A stretch of 64,000 nt of DNA from a candidate division WS6 bacterium OLB20 (GTDB lineage: Bacteria > Patescibacteriota > Dojkabacteria > B142 > OLB20). The notes under the pieces were generated by a model. The model was not told where the DNA came from. It saw nothing but the letters and a program-made list of their open reading frames with translations, and made no database searches. The translations under genes and the position numbers were made by a program. The stretch is from assembly GCA_001567355.1 (NCBI GenBank), contig JYNZ01000002.1:71477-135476 (forward strand), in the 5' to 3' direction. Shown piece after piece: positions 10,286 to 21,292 of this stretch (its first letter is position 1; every line of letters begins with the position of its first letter).

Positions 10286-11056
10286 TCAGCGTTTACGCGA
10301 GTATGAATGTGCGGTACGACCGGCATGAAGAAGTGCCAGTGATGCTGCCGCAATTGCTACAGCCTTAAATGCATGTCTTCGATGCGTACGCTCCTCAGCT
10401 GCAACTGACACATACTCAAAAGAACGGTGGTTGTGATGTTCTGCTGCATAATGAAATGCAGGCAGCATGTCATGTTCGCCGTCAAGTACAATGATATTGT
10501 CTGTTGTATTGCGAACAATGATATCAACTGCTTCGTGCAGCATGTTATCCTTTATCCGCATTCCGCCGGGTACGTTTCCGTTTGTAAACGGACGTGCTGC
10601 ATGCAGCATTATCCGCTCTTTAAGATTTTTTCCTGCTCCTGTGAGGATGGTTTGTGGGGTTCCTCCGGTCTGTGAGAATGCATTGAATTCATCATCGCTG
10701 TACAGCTGCACTACCGAGACCTGCTCGGGATTATCAGGATTCATAGCATTCTGCAGATCACTGATCCAGTCCTGGGCCCAGTTAAACTGACGCATACGGC
10801 CCGTAAGCACTTTCACAGACATGTCCGGAAACTGTTCCCGCATTTGCGCCAGTCTGAGGAGGCGCTCCTGGTAAAGTGCAAGAAACGGGTAATCTCTGAT
10901 AAAACTATCATCGTTCATCACACCATCAAGATCCATGATCAGTGTGGCAGGACCATTCATAGTTTCTGCAACGCTGATGACCCGGTTCATAGCCTCGTCA
11001 AACGAGGAATGCTTGCTACCGATAAGGTTTTCCAGTCCATGAAGCAGTACTTCCAT
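10286..11056 (-). CDS. HAD-superfamily hydrolase-like protein
   Basis: HAD motif I DLDGV (IMDLDGVMNDD); 256 aa. Confidence 0.4.
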   Translation of the reverse strand: MEVLLHGLENLIGSKHSSFDEAMNRVISVAETMNGPATLIMDLDGVMNDDSFIRDYPFLALYQERLLRLAQMREQFPDMSVKVLTGRMRQFNWAQDWISDLQNAMNPDNPEQVSVVQLYSDDEFNAFSQTGGTPQTILTGAGKNLKERIMLHAARPFTNGNVPGGMRIKDNMLHEAVDIIVRNTTDNIIVLDGEHDMLPAFHYAAEHHNHRSFEYVSVAAEERTHRRHAFKAVAIAAASLALLHAGRTAHSYSRKR

Positions 11057-11276
11057 GAAAAGTATTTATCAATGGGGGCATTATAGCAGAGATCTGGCGC
11101 AATGGCGCAGTCCTGAATTTGACTGTCAGGTACCTGATCAAAGCGGGGTATGGAACGGGGGTAGACTTACTTCAATTGGTGGAACAACACGGGACATACG
11201 GGTCTGGAACCTTTACCCTAATTTCATCATATAAAAATGAGACAAATAAGACACCTAAAAAAAGGAGTATCAAAAG

Positions 11277-12284
11277 TTAAGTCTCATTTAATTTCAGAAA
11301 TTCAGCCAACCTCTCATTAGTATTGAAGACATTGGAAGGTTCAAGTTCAAGTATTTTACAGACTAGGCATTCTGTTGCCCTAATGAACAGTTCCATTTCC
11401 TTTAAATCTAGATCTTTCGGTCGTTTACCAAAATGCACTAATTTATTTCTTGCATTAACTATTCTTCTTATTTCAGCTCTTGAATCACTGTTTAGTACGA
11501 GTCCAAAATAGTTGACTAAAAAGTACGTTATTTTGTACTCACCGGAGAGATCTTTTTCAATCTGCTCATCAGTGAATTCAACACCTTTCTTATTTGCTGG
11601 CCTTGGATTCAATGCTCCAAAGAGATGCTCCCACATAGCCCAGCAAAGAATGAATGTTGGTTCAATATCCATTCTCTGCATAGCTTGCTTGAAGAGAAAT
11701 AAGAAATACCCGTCCCCATATTTAGTTTTCCACTCTGGGGTAGATATTAAATCTAATATTTGATTTATCCCCTTCCCAAAGCCGACATCTGGTTGGTTAA
11801 CAAAGTAGTATTCATCATTCTCTCTTTCTGATTCTGTAAGTGTCTCAAGCGTATCTTCGTTAAAGTATTCTGCTTCATATGCAATTGAACACCTCAGTAT
11901 CCCTCCGTAGTTATACATTCTATGATCGGAGATTAGTGTTGGAGTATCATTGTGTACAGATTCTTCTACAGCAAAGACATTTCTACCTGTAAATATTGAG
12001 AGTACTAAGCAGATATCATTTAGCCTGGTACTATTTGTATTCCCCCATGGTAAACTTGCTTCTTTGTTTATTTCTTGAACTGTACCTGTAGCTTGATGCT
12101 GTCCGGTTTGTATATTGGTTGAGAATTCAGAACCAGAGCTATTTACTAACCACATCATTTTAGAGTGTGCTTCTTCGTAGTTTTCTAGACGTACAAACTC
12201 GTAACCATCTAAAGTCAGTCTTTGAACGTATACAGGGAATTCCAAGTTATAAATTACCATTCTCATTGTTTGTTCACTAATCAT
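11277..12284 (-). CDS. hypothetical protein in a low-GC islet; possible HEPN-domain (Abi-like) protein
   Basis: 335 aa at roughly 33% GC, markedly lower than the flanks. C-terminal RRIVNARNKLVHFGK contains an Rx4H HEPN-like motif. Confidence 0.5.
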   Translation of the reverse strand: MISEQTMRMVIYNLEFPVYVQRLTLDGYEFVRLENYEEAHSKMMWLVNSSGSEFSTNIQTGQHQATGTVQEINKEASLPWGNTNSTRLNDICLVLSIFTGRNVFAVEESVHNDTPTLISDHRMYNYGGILRCSIAYEAEYFNEDTLETLTESERENDEYYFVNQPDVGFGKGINQILDLISTPEWKTKYGDGYFLFLFKQAMQRMDIEPTFILCWAMWEHLFGALNPRPANKKGVEFTDEQIEKDLSGEYKITYFLVNYFGLVLNSDSRAEIRRIVNARNKLVHFGKRPKDLDLKEMELFIRATECLVCKILELEPSNVFNTNERLAEFLKLNET

Positions 12285-12690
12285 TTAATTAATCCTTAAT
12301 ACTGCAGCAATACGCTTTGGTACTTAGTGCATATACTTCAATATGGTACCCCTGAGGAAAGGAAAAGCATACTAGGCGGTATCAAATCAAGGTTTGAATT
12401 AACGGACAGGAAACTAATCCTCAAATAGATTTGTCAAAATTCACTCTTCATAGCTTCTTATAACCAATTTTTCAAGACAGAAACAGGACTGCAACGAATA
12501 TTTAGGCACCAGAAACGCAACCCTAGCAACAAAAAAGCTTAGAACTACAGAGTTGTTTATTTCATCTGTTTTGAAGAAATTTGGAGAATTATGAGGTACT
12601 TTGCGACTTTGAAAAAATTTAGGGCTGATTTAGCAAGCAGTGTATGTGTTTCTAGCGTCGAGAAACGGGTCTTGTCAGAACATAACAAAA

Positions 12691-12778
<88 letters not shown>

Positions 12779-12902
12779 CACACCGGTACGAATCGTTATT
12801 ATACCCCAAAAACTCCCGACAGGCTACGCAGTTTGCCTCTGCGACAGGAATCCCGTTACACTGTAGCAGTGTCAGGTATTTTTATCCGTTATACTCAGAC
12901 CT

Positions 12903-13319
12903 ATGGATCCAATTACTGTGCAGACAGTTGTAAAAGCACCGCTCGATCATGTCTGGAAGTGCTGGACGACTCCCGAGGATATTAACAGCTGGGCGTTTGC
13001 TTCTGCTGACTGGGAAGCCAGAGAGTCGGTGAATGATGTTGTCACCGGAGGAACGTTCAATACTGTAATGGCTGCAAAGGACGGAAGTGCGGCATTTGAT
13101 TTCAGCGGTGTATACACTGTTGTTGAGGAAGGTTCTCTGATCGAGTACGATCTGGATGACCAGCGACATGTGGTTGTAAAGTTTACAGAAACACCTGAAG
13201 GTGTGATTGTCACTCAGACATTTGACCCTGAATCTGAGAACGCACGGGACATGCAGCAGGAAGGCTGGCAGGCAATCCTCAACAATTTTAAATCCTACGC
13301 TGAGCGCACCGTCCGGTAA
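12903..13319 (+). CDS. SRPBCC / AHSA1-like (Activator of Hsp90 ATPase homolog) domain protein
   Basis: 138 aa; ...KAPLDHVWKCWTTPEDINSW... START/Bet v1-like pattern. Confidence 0.65.
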   Translation: MDPITVQTVVKAPLDHVWKCWTTPEDINSWAFASADWEARESVNDVVTGGTFNTVMAAKDGSAAFDFSGVYTVVEEGSLIEYDLDDQRHVVVKFTETPEGVIVTQTFDPESENARDMQQEGWQAILNNFKSYAERTVR

Positions 13320-13344
13320 TTTTTTACGTTCACTGATATCTCCT

Positions 13345-14223
13345 ATGATCAATATTACTCCATGTCTCTGGTTTGACAATAACGCCGAAGAAGCAGTTAC
13401 GTTTTATACCAGGCTGATTAACGGATCGTCCATCACCCTGATGGAAAAGCATCTGTGGGGCGAGTTTGAAGGCAGGGTAAGACTTGCCGAGTTCTCGCTT
13501 GGCGGACTGCCTGTACGCGCATTCGATGCTGGTCCAATGTTTAAATTTACACCAGCCACTTCGTTTTTTGTTGAAGTTGAATCTGAAGAGGAGGTTGACA
13601 GGTTATGGAACGCACTGAGTGACGGTGCAATGGTCAGAATGGATCTGCAGAAGTATGATTTCAGCGAAAAATACGGATGGCTAGTAGACCGTCACGGGTT
13701 GGACTGGCAGATCGGACTGTCTAATAAAACAAAAATATCACCCGCATTACTCTTTGTCGGAGAACAGTTTGGAAAGGCTGAAGAAGCAATGGATCTGTAT
13801 ACTGAGATTTTTCCGGATTCGGCTGTCGCCAGCAAGACACTCTATCCCGAAGGGTCAGGTGATGCAGAAGGTGCAGTAATGTACGGGACTGTGTCTCTGG
13901 CAGGCCTGGATCTGATTCTAATGGACGCAGAAGGATCGCATGACTATTCTTTCTCAGAGGCGTTCTCTCTGTCAGTAGACTGCGAGAACCAGAGCGAAGT
14001 TGACCTCTACTGGGATAAACTGACAGCCGGGGGAGGCAAAGAAAGCAGCTGTGGCTGGCTTAAAGACAGATTTGGTGTCTCGTGGCAGGTTGTACCTTCA
14101 GTGCTCGAGAAGCTGCTTGGTGATCCGGATCAGAAAAAGTCAGCACGCGTAATGGATGCACTGCTTGAAATGAAAAAGCTGTCGGTTGCTGACCTGGAGG
14201 CTGCCTATAATGAGGCCGATTAG
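13345..14223 (+). CDS. tandem VOC/PhnB-like (3-demethylubiquinone-9 3-methyltransferase-domain family) protein
   Basis: Two repeats of PCLWFDNNAEEA...GLxWQ (the second is PALLFVGEQFGKAEEA...GVSWQV). Start ATG at 13345, because the longer track ORF overlaps the upstream gene. Confidence 0.6.
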   Translation: MINITPCLWFDNNAEEAVTFYTRLINGSSITLMEKHLWGEFEGRVRLAEFSLGGLPVRAFDAGPMFKFTPATSFFVEVESEEEVDRLWNALSDGAMVRMDLQKYDFSEKYGWLVDRHGLDWQIGLSNKTKISPALLFVGEQFGKAEEAMDLYTEIFPDSAVASKTLYPEGSGDAEGAVMYGTVSLAGLDLILMDAEGSHDYSFSEAFSLSVDCENQSEVDLYWDKLTAGGGKESSCGWLKDRFGVSWQVVPSVLEKLLGDPDQKKSARVMDALLEMKKLSVADLEAAYNEAD

Positions 14224-14942
14224 CCCAGGTAGTCGATTGGGGTCGCGACCATAAATGTTCTGTCGTGTGTCGATGCTCTGCCTTCGTCCATCAGTTTTGT
14301 CATGCGTTCAATCATGATCCTGACCTTTGGATCATCAGGGTCAATGCCTTTCGGCAGCTGATTGCGCAGATGTTCAGGTCTGCGACCTGCGGGGTGGTGC
14401 ATTGTCGCAAGTTCATCTACTTTGAAGATCCAGTTCTTTCTGCCTTCAGGATTGTTCATATACTCCAGACTGTCAAATGAGCCTGCAGGGTCTGTCAGCA
14501 GTGCAATGCTGCATACCTGCCCGGTTTTGTGTCCGTCGTCGCCATGTATTCTATTGCGGTCGGGCCAGTTGATGCGAACGATCGGATTGCGAGGAAGTTC
14601 CTGTCCATCAAGCATATACATGTTCTGCAGGCGCTCATGTGTCATCACCTCAGCCTGGTGTATCTCGATGCCAGCGTCGAGTCTTAACAGCCATGGCATC
14701 TGCTGTACCCAGTGCAGACCGCGTAAGGTATGAACGGGACCGCGCATGGTTGCGTTCATATCCATAATATCTGCGTCAATTTGAAACAATTGAGGCGCGA
14801 CCTGGGCATCAGGATACATAATAATTCTCTCGGAACCCAGATGTTCACGGAGACGAGTGATTCCAAAGTCTGTGTAGCAGGGGAATACAGGATTAATACT
14901 CTCGGGATTTACACATTCAATTTGGTTGATAGAGCTGGACAT
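14220..14942 (-). CDS. hypothetical protein (240 aa)
   Basis: Clean ORF with no recognised motif. Confidence 0.45.
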   Translation of the reverse strand: MSSSINQIECVNPESINPVFPCYTDFGITRLREHLGSERIIMYPDAQVAPQLFQIDADIMDMNATMRGPVHTLRGLHWVQQMPWLLRLDAGIEIHQAEVMTHERLQNMYMLDGQELPRNPIVRINWPDRNRIHGDDGHKTGQVCSIALLTDPAGSFDSLEYMNNPEGRKNWIFKVDELATMHHPAGRRPEHLRNQLPKGIDPDDPKVRIMIERMTKLMDEGRASTHDRTFMVATPIDYLG

Positions 14943-15009
14943 ATGTTGATCTATAATGAATATATATTATAACGCAGCCCGAAGGATTATTCAAGGGGTA
15001 CGAGAGTAA

Positions 15010-15900
15010 TCAGCTCAGGATATCAGCCAGCAACGGAGCTATGTCGAGTATGGAGAACTTTTCTGACGCTATCAGGTCTGACCTTATTGAAGCATTGGTT
15101 GTAATAACCCTGTCAACTGCAGACGAGTGTATCCGCTCGGCAGCACCATTATCAAAAACATGTGTCAGCATGTATACGCAGTGTTCAGCACCCATCTGCT
15201 TAAGCAGTTCAGCTGACTGCACAAGAGTGCTGCCCGAACCGGTATAGTCGTCAAATGCCACCGCTGTTTTGCCACTAAGGCTGCCTTCTGGTGCAGAGTA
15301 GCTGACTTCGCCTGTTGATCGGTCACGCGATTTTTCAAGCTGTATCAGCGGCAGATCCAGTTTTGCCGCAAATGCCTGTGCACGTTGCCGGCCACCTTTA
15401 TCGAGAGCCACGCAAACAGCATTCTTCAGACCGCTCTCTTTAAACCAGTCCGAAAAGAGATCATACGGTATAACGTTGTGAGCCGGGATAGAAAAGCCCG
15501 ATAAAACAGCCGGTGAGTGTATATCGAGGACCGTTATCTCAGAGAAGCCCGCAGCCTCAACTATTCTTGTTACGACAGCGCTTGATAAAGGCTCGCCGGG
15601 TCTGAAGATTTTATCCTGTGGCGAGTAGCTGAGCCATGGCAGAACAGCATGTGTAGTTATTCTCGCACGGATAAGTATGTCCTGAACCAGCAGCAACTCA
15701 ACCAGCCGGTCGTTTACAGGTATGGTCAGTGAGCACAGCAGAACTGCATCGGTATACTGCGCAAGGTCAGAACTGATAAATACACCTGTTTCACCGTTGG
15801 GAAACCTGCGGAACTCAGGACATATCAGGTCAGTTCCTGTCAGTTGTGACAGACTCTCAGCCGCTTCAAGTGATACACCCCACGATACAATACATTTCAT
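15010..15900 (-). CDS. prs: ribose-phosphate pyrophosphokinase (PRPP synthetase)-family protein
   Basis: FPNGETGVFI (compare FSDGE), NDRLVELLL...ITTH..P.LSYSPQDK, and the PRPP-binding loop DDYTGSGSTL. Confidence 0.65.
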   Translation of the reverse strand: MKCIVSWGVSLEAAESLSQLTGTDLICPEFRRFPNGETGVFISSDLAQYTDAVLLCSLTIPVNDRLVELLLVQDILIRARITTHAVLPWLSYSPQDKIFRPGEPLSSAVVTRIVEAAGFSEITVLDIHSPAVLSGFSIPAHNVIPYDLFSDWFKESGLKNAVCVALDKGGRQRAQAFAAKLDLPLIQLEKSRDRSTGEVSYSAPEGSLSGKTAVAFDDYTGSGSTLVQSAELLKQMGAEHCVYMLTHVFDNGAAERIHSSAVDRVITTNASIRSDLIASEKFSILDIAPLLADILS

Positions 15901-15984
15901 GCTGCAATACTAGCAGGTGGGTAATGACTTTTTCAAGAAAACACCAGCCGGTGGCTGGTGTTTTGGAAAATCTTTAGGACTCGT

Positions 15985-16416
15985 TTATCTGACAATCATC
16001 TCTGACAGATAGAGGATCGGAACGTAACTTGCAAGGAAGTACGATGCAAACCCGATTACTGAGAGTACGAGCAATGTGAGCACTGACATGATCCAGCGTT
16101 CTTTGCTTGTCTGGCTTGCAGTTTTGTTCATATAGCGATATGCGGCAAGGAATCCAATCACGACGTACGTTGCAGACAGAATAAGCATTACCTGCTGCGG
16201 TGCATTAGGAGGAGTGACTCCCAGACGCTGGAACAGCACAGCCGAACTGTTACCGATTGTATACAGGTGCAACAGAACCAGTACCAGTACAAATGAGAAT
16301 GAATACACAATCAGGAAGACCTGGAGCATCTGGATCAGCGGGTCCACCTGTTTGGAAGCAGCTGTCTTTTTTACAGATTTGCTTTTCGATGCTGCCTTTT
16401 TACGGGTTGCCATCAA
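15985..16416 (-). CDS. membrane protein, hypothetical (Lys-rich N-terminus, 3 TM)
   Basis: Hydrophobicity pattern only. Confidence 0.4.
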   Translation of the reverse strand: MMATRKKAASKSKSVKKTAASKQVDPLIQMLQVFLIVYSFSFVLVLVLLHLYTIGNSSAVLFQRLGVTPPNAPQQVMLILSATYVVIGFLAAYRYMNKTASQTSKERWIMSVLTLLVLSVIGFASYFLASYVPILYLSEMIVR

Positions 16417-16475
16417 TTGAGCAGTAATAAGTAAGTATTACTCTACTGTAGGTGAAATACGGGAAGACTGCAAAT

Positions 16476-16943
16476 CTAGTTGTCGGAGCCACCGATGAAA
16501 TCTGTACCGCCGTAATTTGTATTTCCTGTGCGGACTGGTTCGGGTTGTACTGGTGCTGCAGCATTCTGTGTCACAGGTGTTGGAGGCGGCAGTGTCGGTG
16601 TCGGAGTGGGTTCGGCAACCGATCCGCTTTCGGTGATGCAGATCTCACCTTCTGATGTCGACACGATAGTGCCGTTTTCGCCACAGGCGCTGAAATCAGG
16701 CTGCTCCTGAGCAGAACCGCTGCGTAACTCTGCAATCTGACGCTGAAGGGATGCATTAAAAGCGACTGCCCCTGTGATGCTGATTGCGATCATCACAAAC
16801 AGTGCAGAGATTCCGGCAACGATCGCATACACAGCCCGCTTCTGATCATAGTCAACTCCGCTGAAAAAATCCCTGCTGGGCATTGCCTGACGGATTGCCC
16901 GGGAGATCCTGTTGCGACGTGTTGTCGAGGCTTTGATTACCAT
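16476..16943 (-). CDS. membrane-anchored Pro/Thr-rich protein, hypothetical
   Basis: N-terminal TM followed by a PTPTPTLPPPTP linker. Confidence 0.4.
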   Translation of the reverse strand: MVIKASTTRRNRISRAIRQAMPSRDFFSGVDYDQKRAVYAIVAGISALFVMIAISITGAVAFNASLQRQIAELRSGSAQEQPDFSACGENGTIVSTSEGEICITESGSVAEPTPTPTLPPPTPVTQNAAAPVQPEPVRTGNTNYGGTDFIGGSDN

Positions 16944-17041
16944 ACTAACAGTCTAGCAGGTTGTCCGGCAGCAGACCAGAGCTGTGCGGTACTCATACAA
17001 AACCATGCTATAATCCTCTGTTGATTTTTCAAACAGTATTA

Positions 17042-19715
17042 ATGAACAATACTCTCCTTGCAGGTATCTCGGTCGCCTTCATCAGACGCTTCAGAGTAAC
17101 ACTGCTGATATTCTTCGGCATTCTGCTGGTCGGGGCATTCACATACACATCTCTTCTCAAACGCGAAGGCTTTCCTGCCATTGAGGTACCTACAGCTGTT
17201 ATTCAGGCAACATATTTCGTTAATGATACTGCTGCGGTTGACGAGCAGGTGACCGCTCCGATTGAAACAGTCCTGCGCGAAAACGAATCTGTGGAACAGG
17301 TACGATCTACCACAGATGCCAACTTTGCAGTCTTTGTCGTCCAGTTTCGTGATGGTATTTCAAGCGAGGACGGGGTCGACTCGGTCAGGGGTGATATTGC
17401 TGAACGGCTGCAGTTGCCGGCTGAGGCAACTCTCGGTTATACAACCTTTAATGCCTCTAGTGTTGATGGTGAGAATGACATGCTCTTCAACCTCTACGGC
17501 GATGACGAGCAGGCTTTATATGCTGCAGCGCAGCAGGCTGTCAGCGGACTGAACAGGCTTTCGGTTGTAGGAGAAGCCTCGGTTATTGATCAGTACAGAG
17601 AGCAGATAAATCCGCTGACAGGTGAGCCGGTAACACTGCAGGTCTCGTTTAACAGGGTCGGCGTGCGCGAGCGGGAAGGACTTACCTTCTACCCGGCTGT
17701 GTCAGTGGGGGTGATCAAGAAGTCTGATGCGATCGGAACGGTTGAGCTGTCTGAAGCTGTACGTGAAGAAATCAAGCAGCAGCAGGATACAGATCTGTTT
17801 GAGGGCATTGAGGTAACCTACGGAGGAGACCTTGCTGACGTCCTGACCTCACAGATAGGGTCACTTGAAAGCAATGTTCTTTCGGGATTGCTGGCCGTAG
17901 TTGTTGTACTTTTCTTCTTTGTAAACTGGCGGGCATCCATAGTAACAGCCATTTTCATTCCCACCGTACTTGCCGCCACGTTTATTGCACTTCTGCTTGT
18001 CGGTTATTCGTTGAATGTGCTTTCACTGTTTGCAATCATTCTGGTACTCGGACTGTTTGTCGATGACGCCATTGTTGTTGTAGAGGCGATTGACTACCAG
18101 AAAAAGCAAGGGAAACAGGGTGTTGCTGCTGTCCGAGATGCAGTCAGAGCAGTCGGTGCTGCTGATATTTCAGGAACAGTGACTACACTTCTGGTGTTTC
18201 TGCCGATGGCGGCGATCTCGGGTATTCTCGGTGACTTTATCAGGCTTATTCCCATCACAGTAATAATCGCGCTGGCATTGTCACTCGTCATTGCCCTGAC
18301 AATCGTACCGCTGCTTTCACATATTCTTCTTACAGGCGAACATAAGGATACGACTTTCCCCGAGAAGATGCTGCATACAGTTTTTTACGGGTTCAGTGAT
18401 CTGATCCAGGGGGCAGGACGGCTGATGAGTGAATTCGTCAGACTGTACCTTTCGGTCCCTTTGCTTGGTGCAGGTATCGTCGTGCTTGCACTGGCTGCTG
18501 TCTTTGTAGGTGGCTCATTCGCAGGACAGCTTAAGTTCAGCATCTTTCCTGCACCTGACGATACCGACCAGATTAGTGTCTCGATCTCATTCCCGGAGGG
18601 ACAGCGATTGCTGATGCCCAGGATATTGCGACTGAGGTCGAACAGATCCTTACAGAAGAAGCAGGAGAGGAGATTATGTCCGTCAATTACTTTGGAGCGG
18701 ACAGCACTTCTGCGACTTTGAGTATCGAGCTGACTGAAATGGGAACGAGACCTGTGTCAGCCGAGATTACTGATGACCTCGAGGATGTGTTTGCTGACTA
18801 TGACAGGGTAAGCGTCAAAGTTGTGCAGAGCAGTGCCGGTCCGCCTGTGTCGGATTATCCGTTTGCGATGCAGGTGTTTTCTGAAGACCCTGCGGTACTT
18901 GCCGGCGCAACTGGCGAGCTTGCAGACTTCATCAGGGACATAGACCTGAGCAGCGAAAATGAAGTAACCGAGGTTGCAGTATTTAACCTTGAAACACTGA
19001 CTAAACTTGACGGAAGGCGCTTTGCTGAAGTCAAGGCAAAGTTTTCGAATCCTGAGGACAGTGCAGGATTACTGGAGATTCAAGAGCAGGTCACAGCGGA
19101 ATTTGATGAGGGCAGACTTGAGGATCTTAATCTCGAGAGTGATGCGCTGGGTTTTGATTTCGGTCAGGAGTCAGAAAACCTGTCTTCATTCCAGTCAGCT
19201 GCATTTGCACTGATTGTTGCACTGATTGCCATGTACGGACTCCTTGTTCTGCAGTTTAATTCCTTTCTGCAACCGGTACTTGTCTTTCTTGCGATACCAT
19301 TCAGTTTTGTCGGGCTGTTCCCGGGGCTTGTACTCACTGGCAACGCCTCAGCTTTTTTGTCATGATCGGTCTTACCGGACTGATGGGTATAGTTGTCAAT
19401 AATACAATCATGCTGCTGGACTTTGCGAATCAGGAACGTGCAGAAGGCAAGGGGATTATCGATGCTGCAGCTGATGCTGTAAAAATACGTTTCCGGCCGC
19501 TTGTCACCACCTCATTCACAACTGTTGCAGGTCTTCTGCCGCTTGCTCTCACTGATCCCTTCTGGGAGCCGCTGGCGTTTACCATCATCTTTGGACTGGT
19601 ATCAAGCACTCTGATGGTGATTATTGCGTTCCCTGCATTTTATGCTGCAGTGGAGACAGTCAGAAACGGACGCCGCTATCTGCAGCAGCGCATCGCAAAG
19701 GTTTTCGTATCTTAA
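17042..19715 (+). CDS. RND-superfamily efflux/export permease (AcrB-like), interrupted by two apparent 1-nt indels (~18592-18600 and T6 19353-19358)
   Basis: Three consecutive track ORFs (16961..18721, 18676..19365, 19362..19715) read as one AcrB-like protein. They include VLGLFVDDAIVVVEAI (AcrB has AIGLLVDDAIVVVENV) and 12 TM segments. The first ORF tail (QRLLMPRILRLRSNR...) is out-of-frame garbage. Confidence 0.7.
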
Positions 19716-19762
19716 CGCAGAAACAGATATAGCGTAGTATGTAGGCAGTAAGCTTAGATACC

Positions 19763-20179
19763 ATGCCGTCCTCGCTCCGCTATATGTTGCTGTTACTGTT
19801 TCTGATAGTACTGATTGCAGGATGTTCCGCAGTCATCACTTCTGTTGTGCTTCTGCCCTCACAGCGAACGTTCTGGCAGGTATGCCAGCCTGACGAGGTC
19901 GGTTTTTATGATGCTGAATACTGCATCTCCGTTGTTGAGGAACGTACCTTTTACCAGGAGCTAACCGGAGGCAGCACATTCTATCTTGCGATTGCCCCCT
20001 ACGAAGGTGATCCTGTCTATTCTCACCGCAAACAGTACAGTTTCAACCACGGCTCTGCTGATGTCTATCAGCATATTCAGATGTCTTCGGTTACATGGGA
20101 AGAGGAAGGCATCACGTTTACCGAGGCATCCGGGCACAGGCTCTTCTTTCCGTTCGAAATGTTTTCGGGCGGTCGCTAG
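19763..20179 (+). CDS. secreted/lipoprotein-like hypothetical (138 aa)
   Basis: Signal peptide with a ...LIAGCSAV lipobox-like cysteine. Confidence 0.4.
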   Translation: MPSSLRYMLLLLFLIVLIAGCSAVITSVVLLPSQRTFWQVCQPDEVGFYDAEYCISVVEERTFYQELTGGSTFYLAIAPYEGDPVYSHRKQYSFNHGSADVYQHIQMSSVTWEEEGITFTEASGHRLFFPFEMFSGGR

Positions 20180-20190
20180 GTATCCGTTTA

Positions 20191-20219
20191 TTGACAAATG
20201 GGTATACAGGGTATACTAT
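20191..20219 (+). promoter_or_regulatory. lexA promoter (-35 TTGACA, 17-nt spacer, -10 TACTAT) with an embedded inverted repeat GTATAC-AGG-GTATAC; candidate SOS operator
   Basis: Sequence ttgacaaatgGGTATACagGGTATACtatg lies immediately upstream of the lexA ATG at 20246. Confidence 0.45.
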
Positions 20220-20245
20220 GAAGCATACTTTAGTGAATATTGCCC

Positions 20246-20882
20246 ATGGCACCCCACCTCACTGCAACACAGGCATCAGTCCTCAAATATATAAAAAATC
20301 ATATTCTGGCACGCGGTTATGCGCCGACACTGTCAGAGCTGCAGGCCGCGCTGGGGGGGGATTACCAAACGTGCTGTTGTCAAACATCTTGAGGCTCTTG
20401 AGAAAAAGGGCCGGATCCTGCGATCAAGCAAACCCCGTGGTATTAAACTGATTGAGGTGCAGAATGAAAACCTGATGACGATGAACATTCTGGGGTATGC
20501 AAATGCCGGTGCACCCCTGGTGTACGCTGAAGAACAGAAGATCGGAGTCCTCCGTATTGATAAGAGTCTTCTGCCGGTGACTAAAAACGTGTTTGCGCTT
20601 GTTGTTAAGGGTGACTCAATGAACAGACGTAAACTTAACGGCACAGCACTGACCAATGGCAACTATGCCATTGTGGCCAACGATCAGCCGGTCAGTAACG
20701 GTGACGTGGTACTGGCTATTATTGACGGTTGCGCAACCATAAAATCCTACCGGCGTGACGGCGGTATTATTGTCTTGTATCCCGAATCAACCAACAGTGC
20801 TCACCGCCCTATTTATTTAAGCAGTGACAGCGACGGAACCATCTACGGCAAGGTGATCTCCGTCCTCGCTAACCCTGTCTGA
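20246..20882 (+). CDS. lexA: LexA repressor (S24 peptidase); apparent 1-nt indel in the G8 run 20353-20360
   Basis: The N-terminus MAPHLTATQASVLKYIKNHILARGYAPTLSELQAALGG continues, after removing one G, as ITKRAVVKHLEALEKKGRILRSSKPRGIKLI. It has the Ala-Gly cleavage site (NAGAP), GDSM serine and ATIK lysine. Confidence 0.75.
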
Positions 20883-20887
20883 TACAC

Positions 20888-21292
20888 ATGAACAGCATAC
20901 GCGGACAGCTGCTTGCGAGCAGCTCGGTAAGTGCCGGCTTTCCTTCTCCGGCAGAAGACGTCATTGACCGTACACTTGATCTTCATGAACTGCTGGTCAA
21001 ACATCCTGCTGCAACATTTTTTGTCAGGGTGCAGGGGCACTCCATGACCGGGGCAGGTATTGTCAGTGGTGATATTCTGGTTGTCGACCGTTCGCTTAAG
21101 GCGCAGGACGGGGATGTGGTTATAGCGCTTCTTGATGGAGAGTTTACGGTTAAACGTCTGCAGCAGCGTGGATCATCTCTGATGCTGATTCCGGCCCATG
21201 CTGACTTTGCTCCGGTACATATCCGCGAGGGTGATGACTTTGAAGTCTGGGGCGTTGTGACAGGTGTTGTCCGTGAACTGCTGCACCCGTGA
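20888..21292 (+). CDS. umuD: UmuD-like S24 peptidase (translesion synthesis accessory subunit)
   Basis: SAGFPSPAEDV (the cleavage site, compare CGFPSPAADY), GHSM, FTVKRL. Confidence 0.75.
   Translation: MNSIRGQLLASSSVSAGFPSPAEDVIDRTLDLHELLVKHPAATFFVRVQGHSMTGAGIVSGDILVVDRSLKAQDGDVVIALLDGEFTVKRLQQRGSSLMLIPAHADFAPVHIREGDDFEVWGVVTGVVRELLHP

Noticed and set aside
11095-11135. tRNA-like hairpin CAGTC-CUGAAUU-GACUG (anticodon-loop-like, GAA=Phe) at the far edge of the low-GC islet; considered as a tRNA fragment or att-site duplicate
   Set aside because: No acceptor stem or T-arm can be formed. Position 37 would be U. Only 5 nt match the tRNA-Ser 3' end. It is probably a simple hairpin.
11057-12690. 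Integrated prophage or integrative element at tRNA-Ser
   Set aside because: There are no integrase, no phage structural genes and no recognisable direct repeat of the tRNA 3' end at the distal boundary. It was downgraded to a single-gene islet or remnant.
17042-19715. Treating the split RND transporter, lexA, DedA and the others as genuine pseudogenes
   Set aside because: All breaks coincide with homopolymer runs and are repaired by 1-nt changes. That pattern indicates technical error (see the frameshift finding). They are annotated as single genes at reduced confidence.
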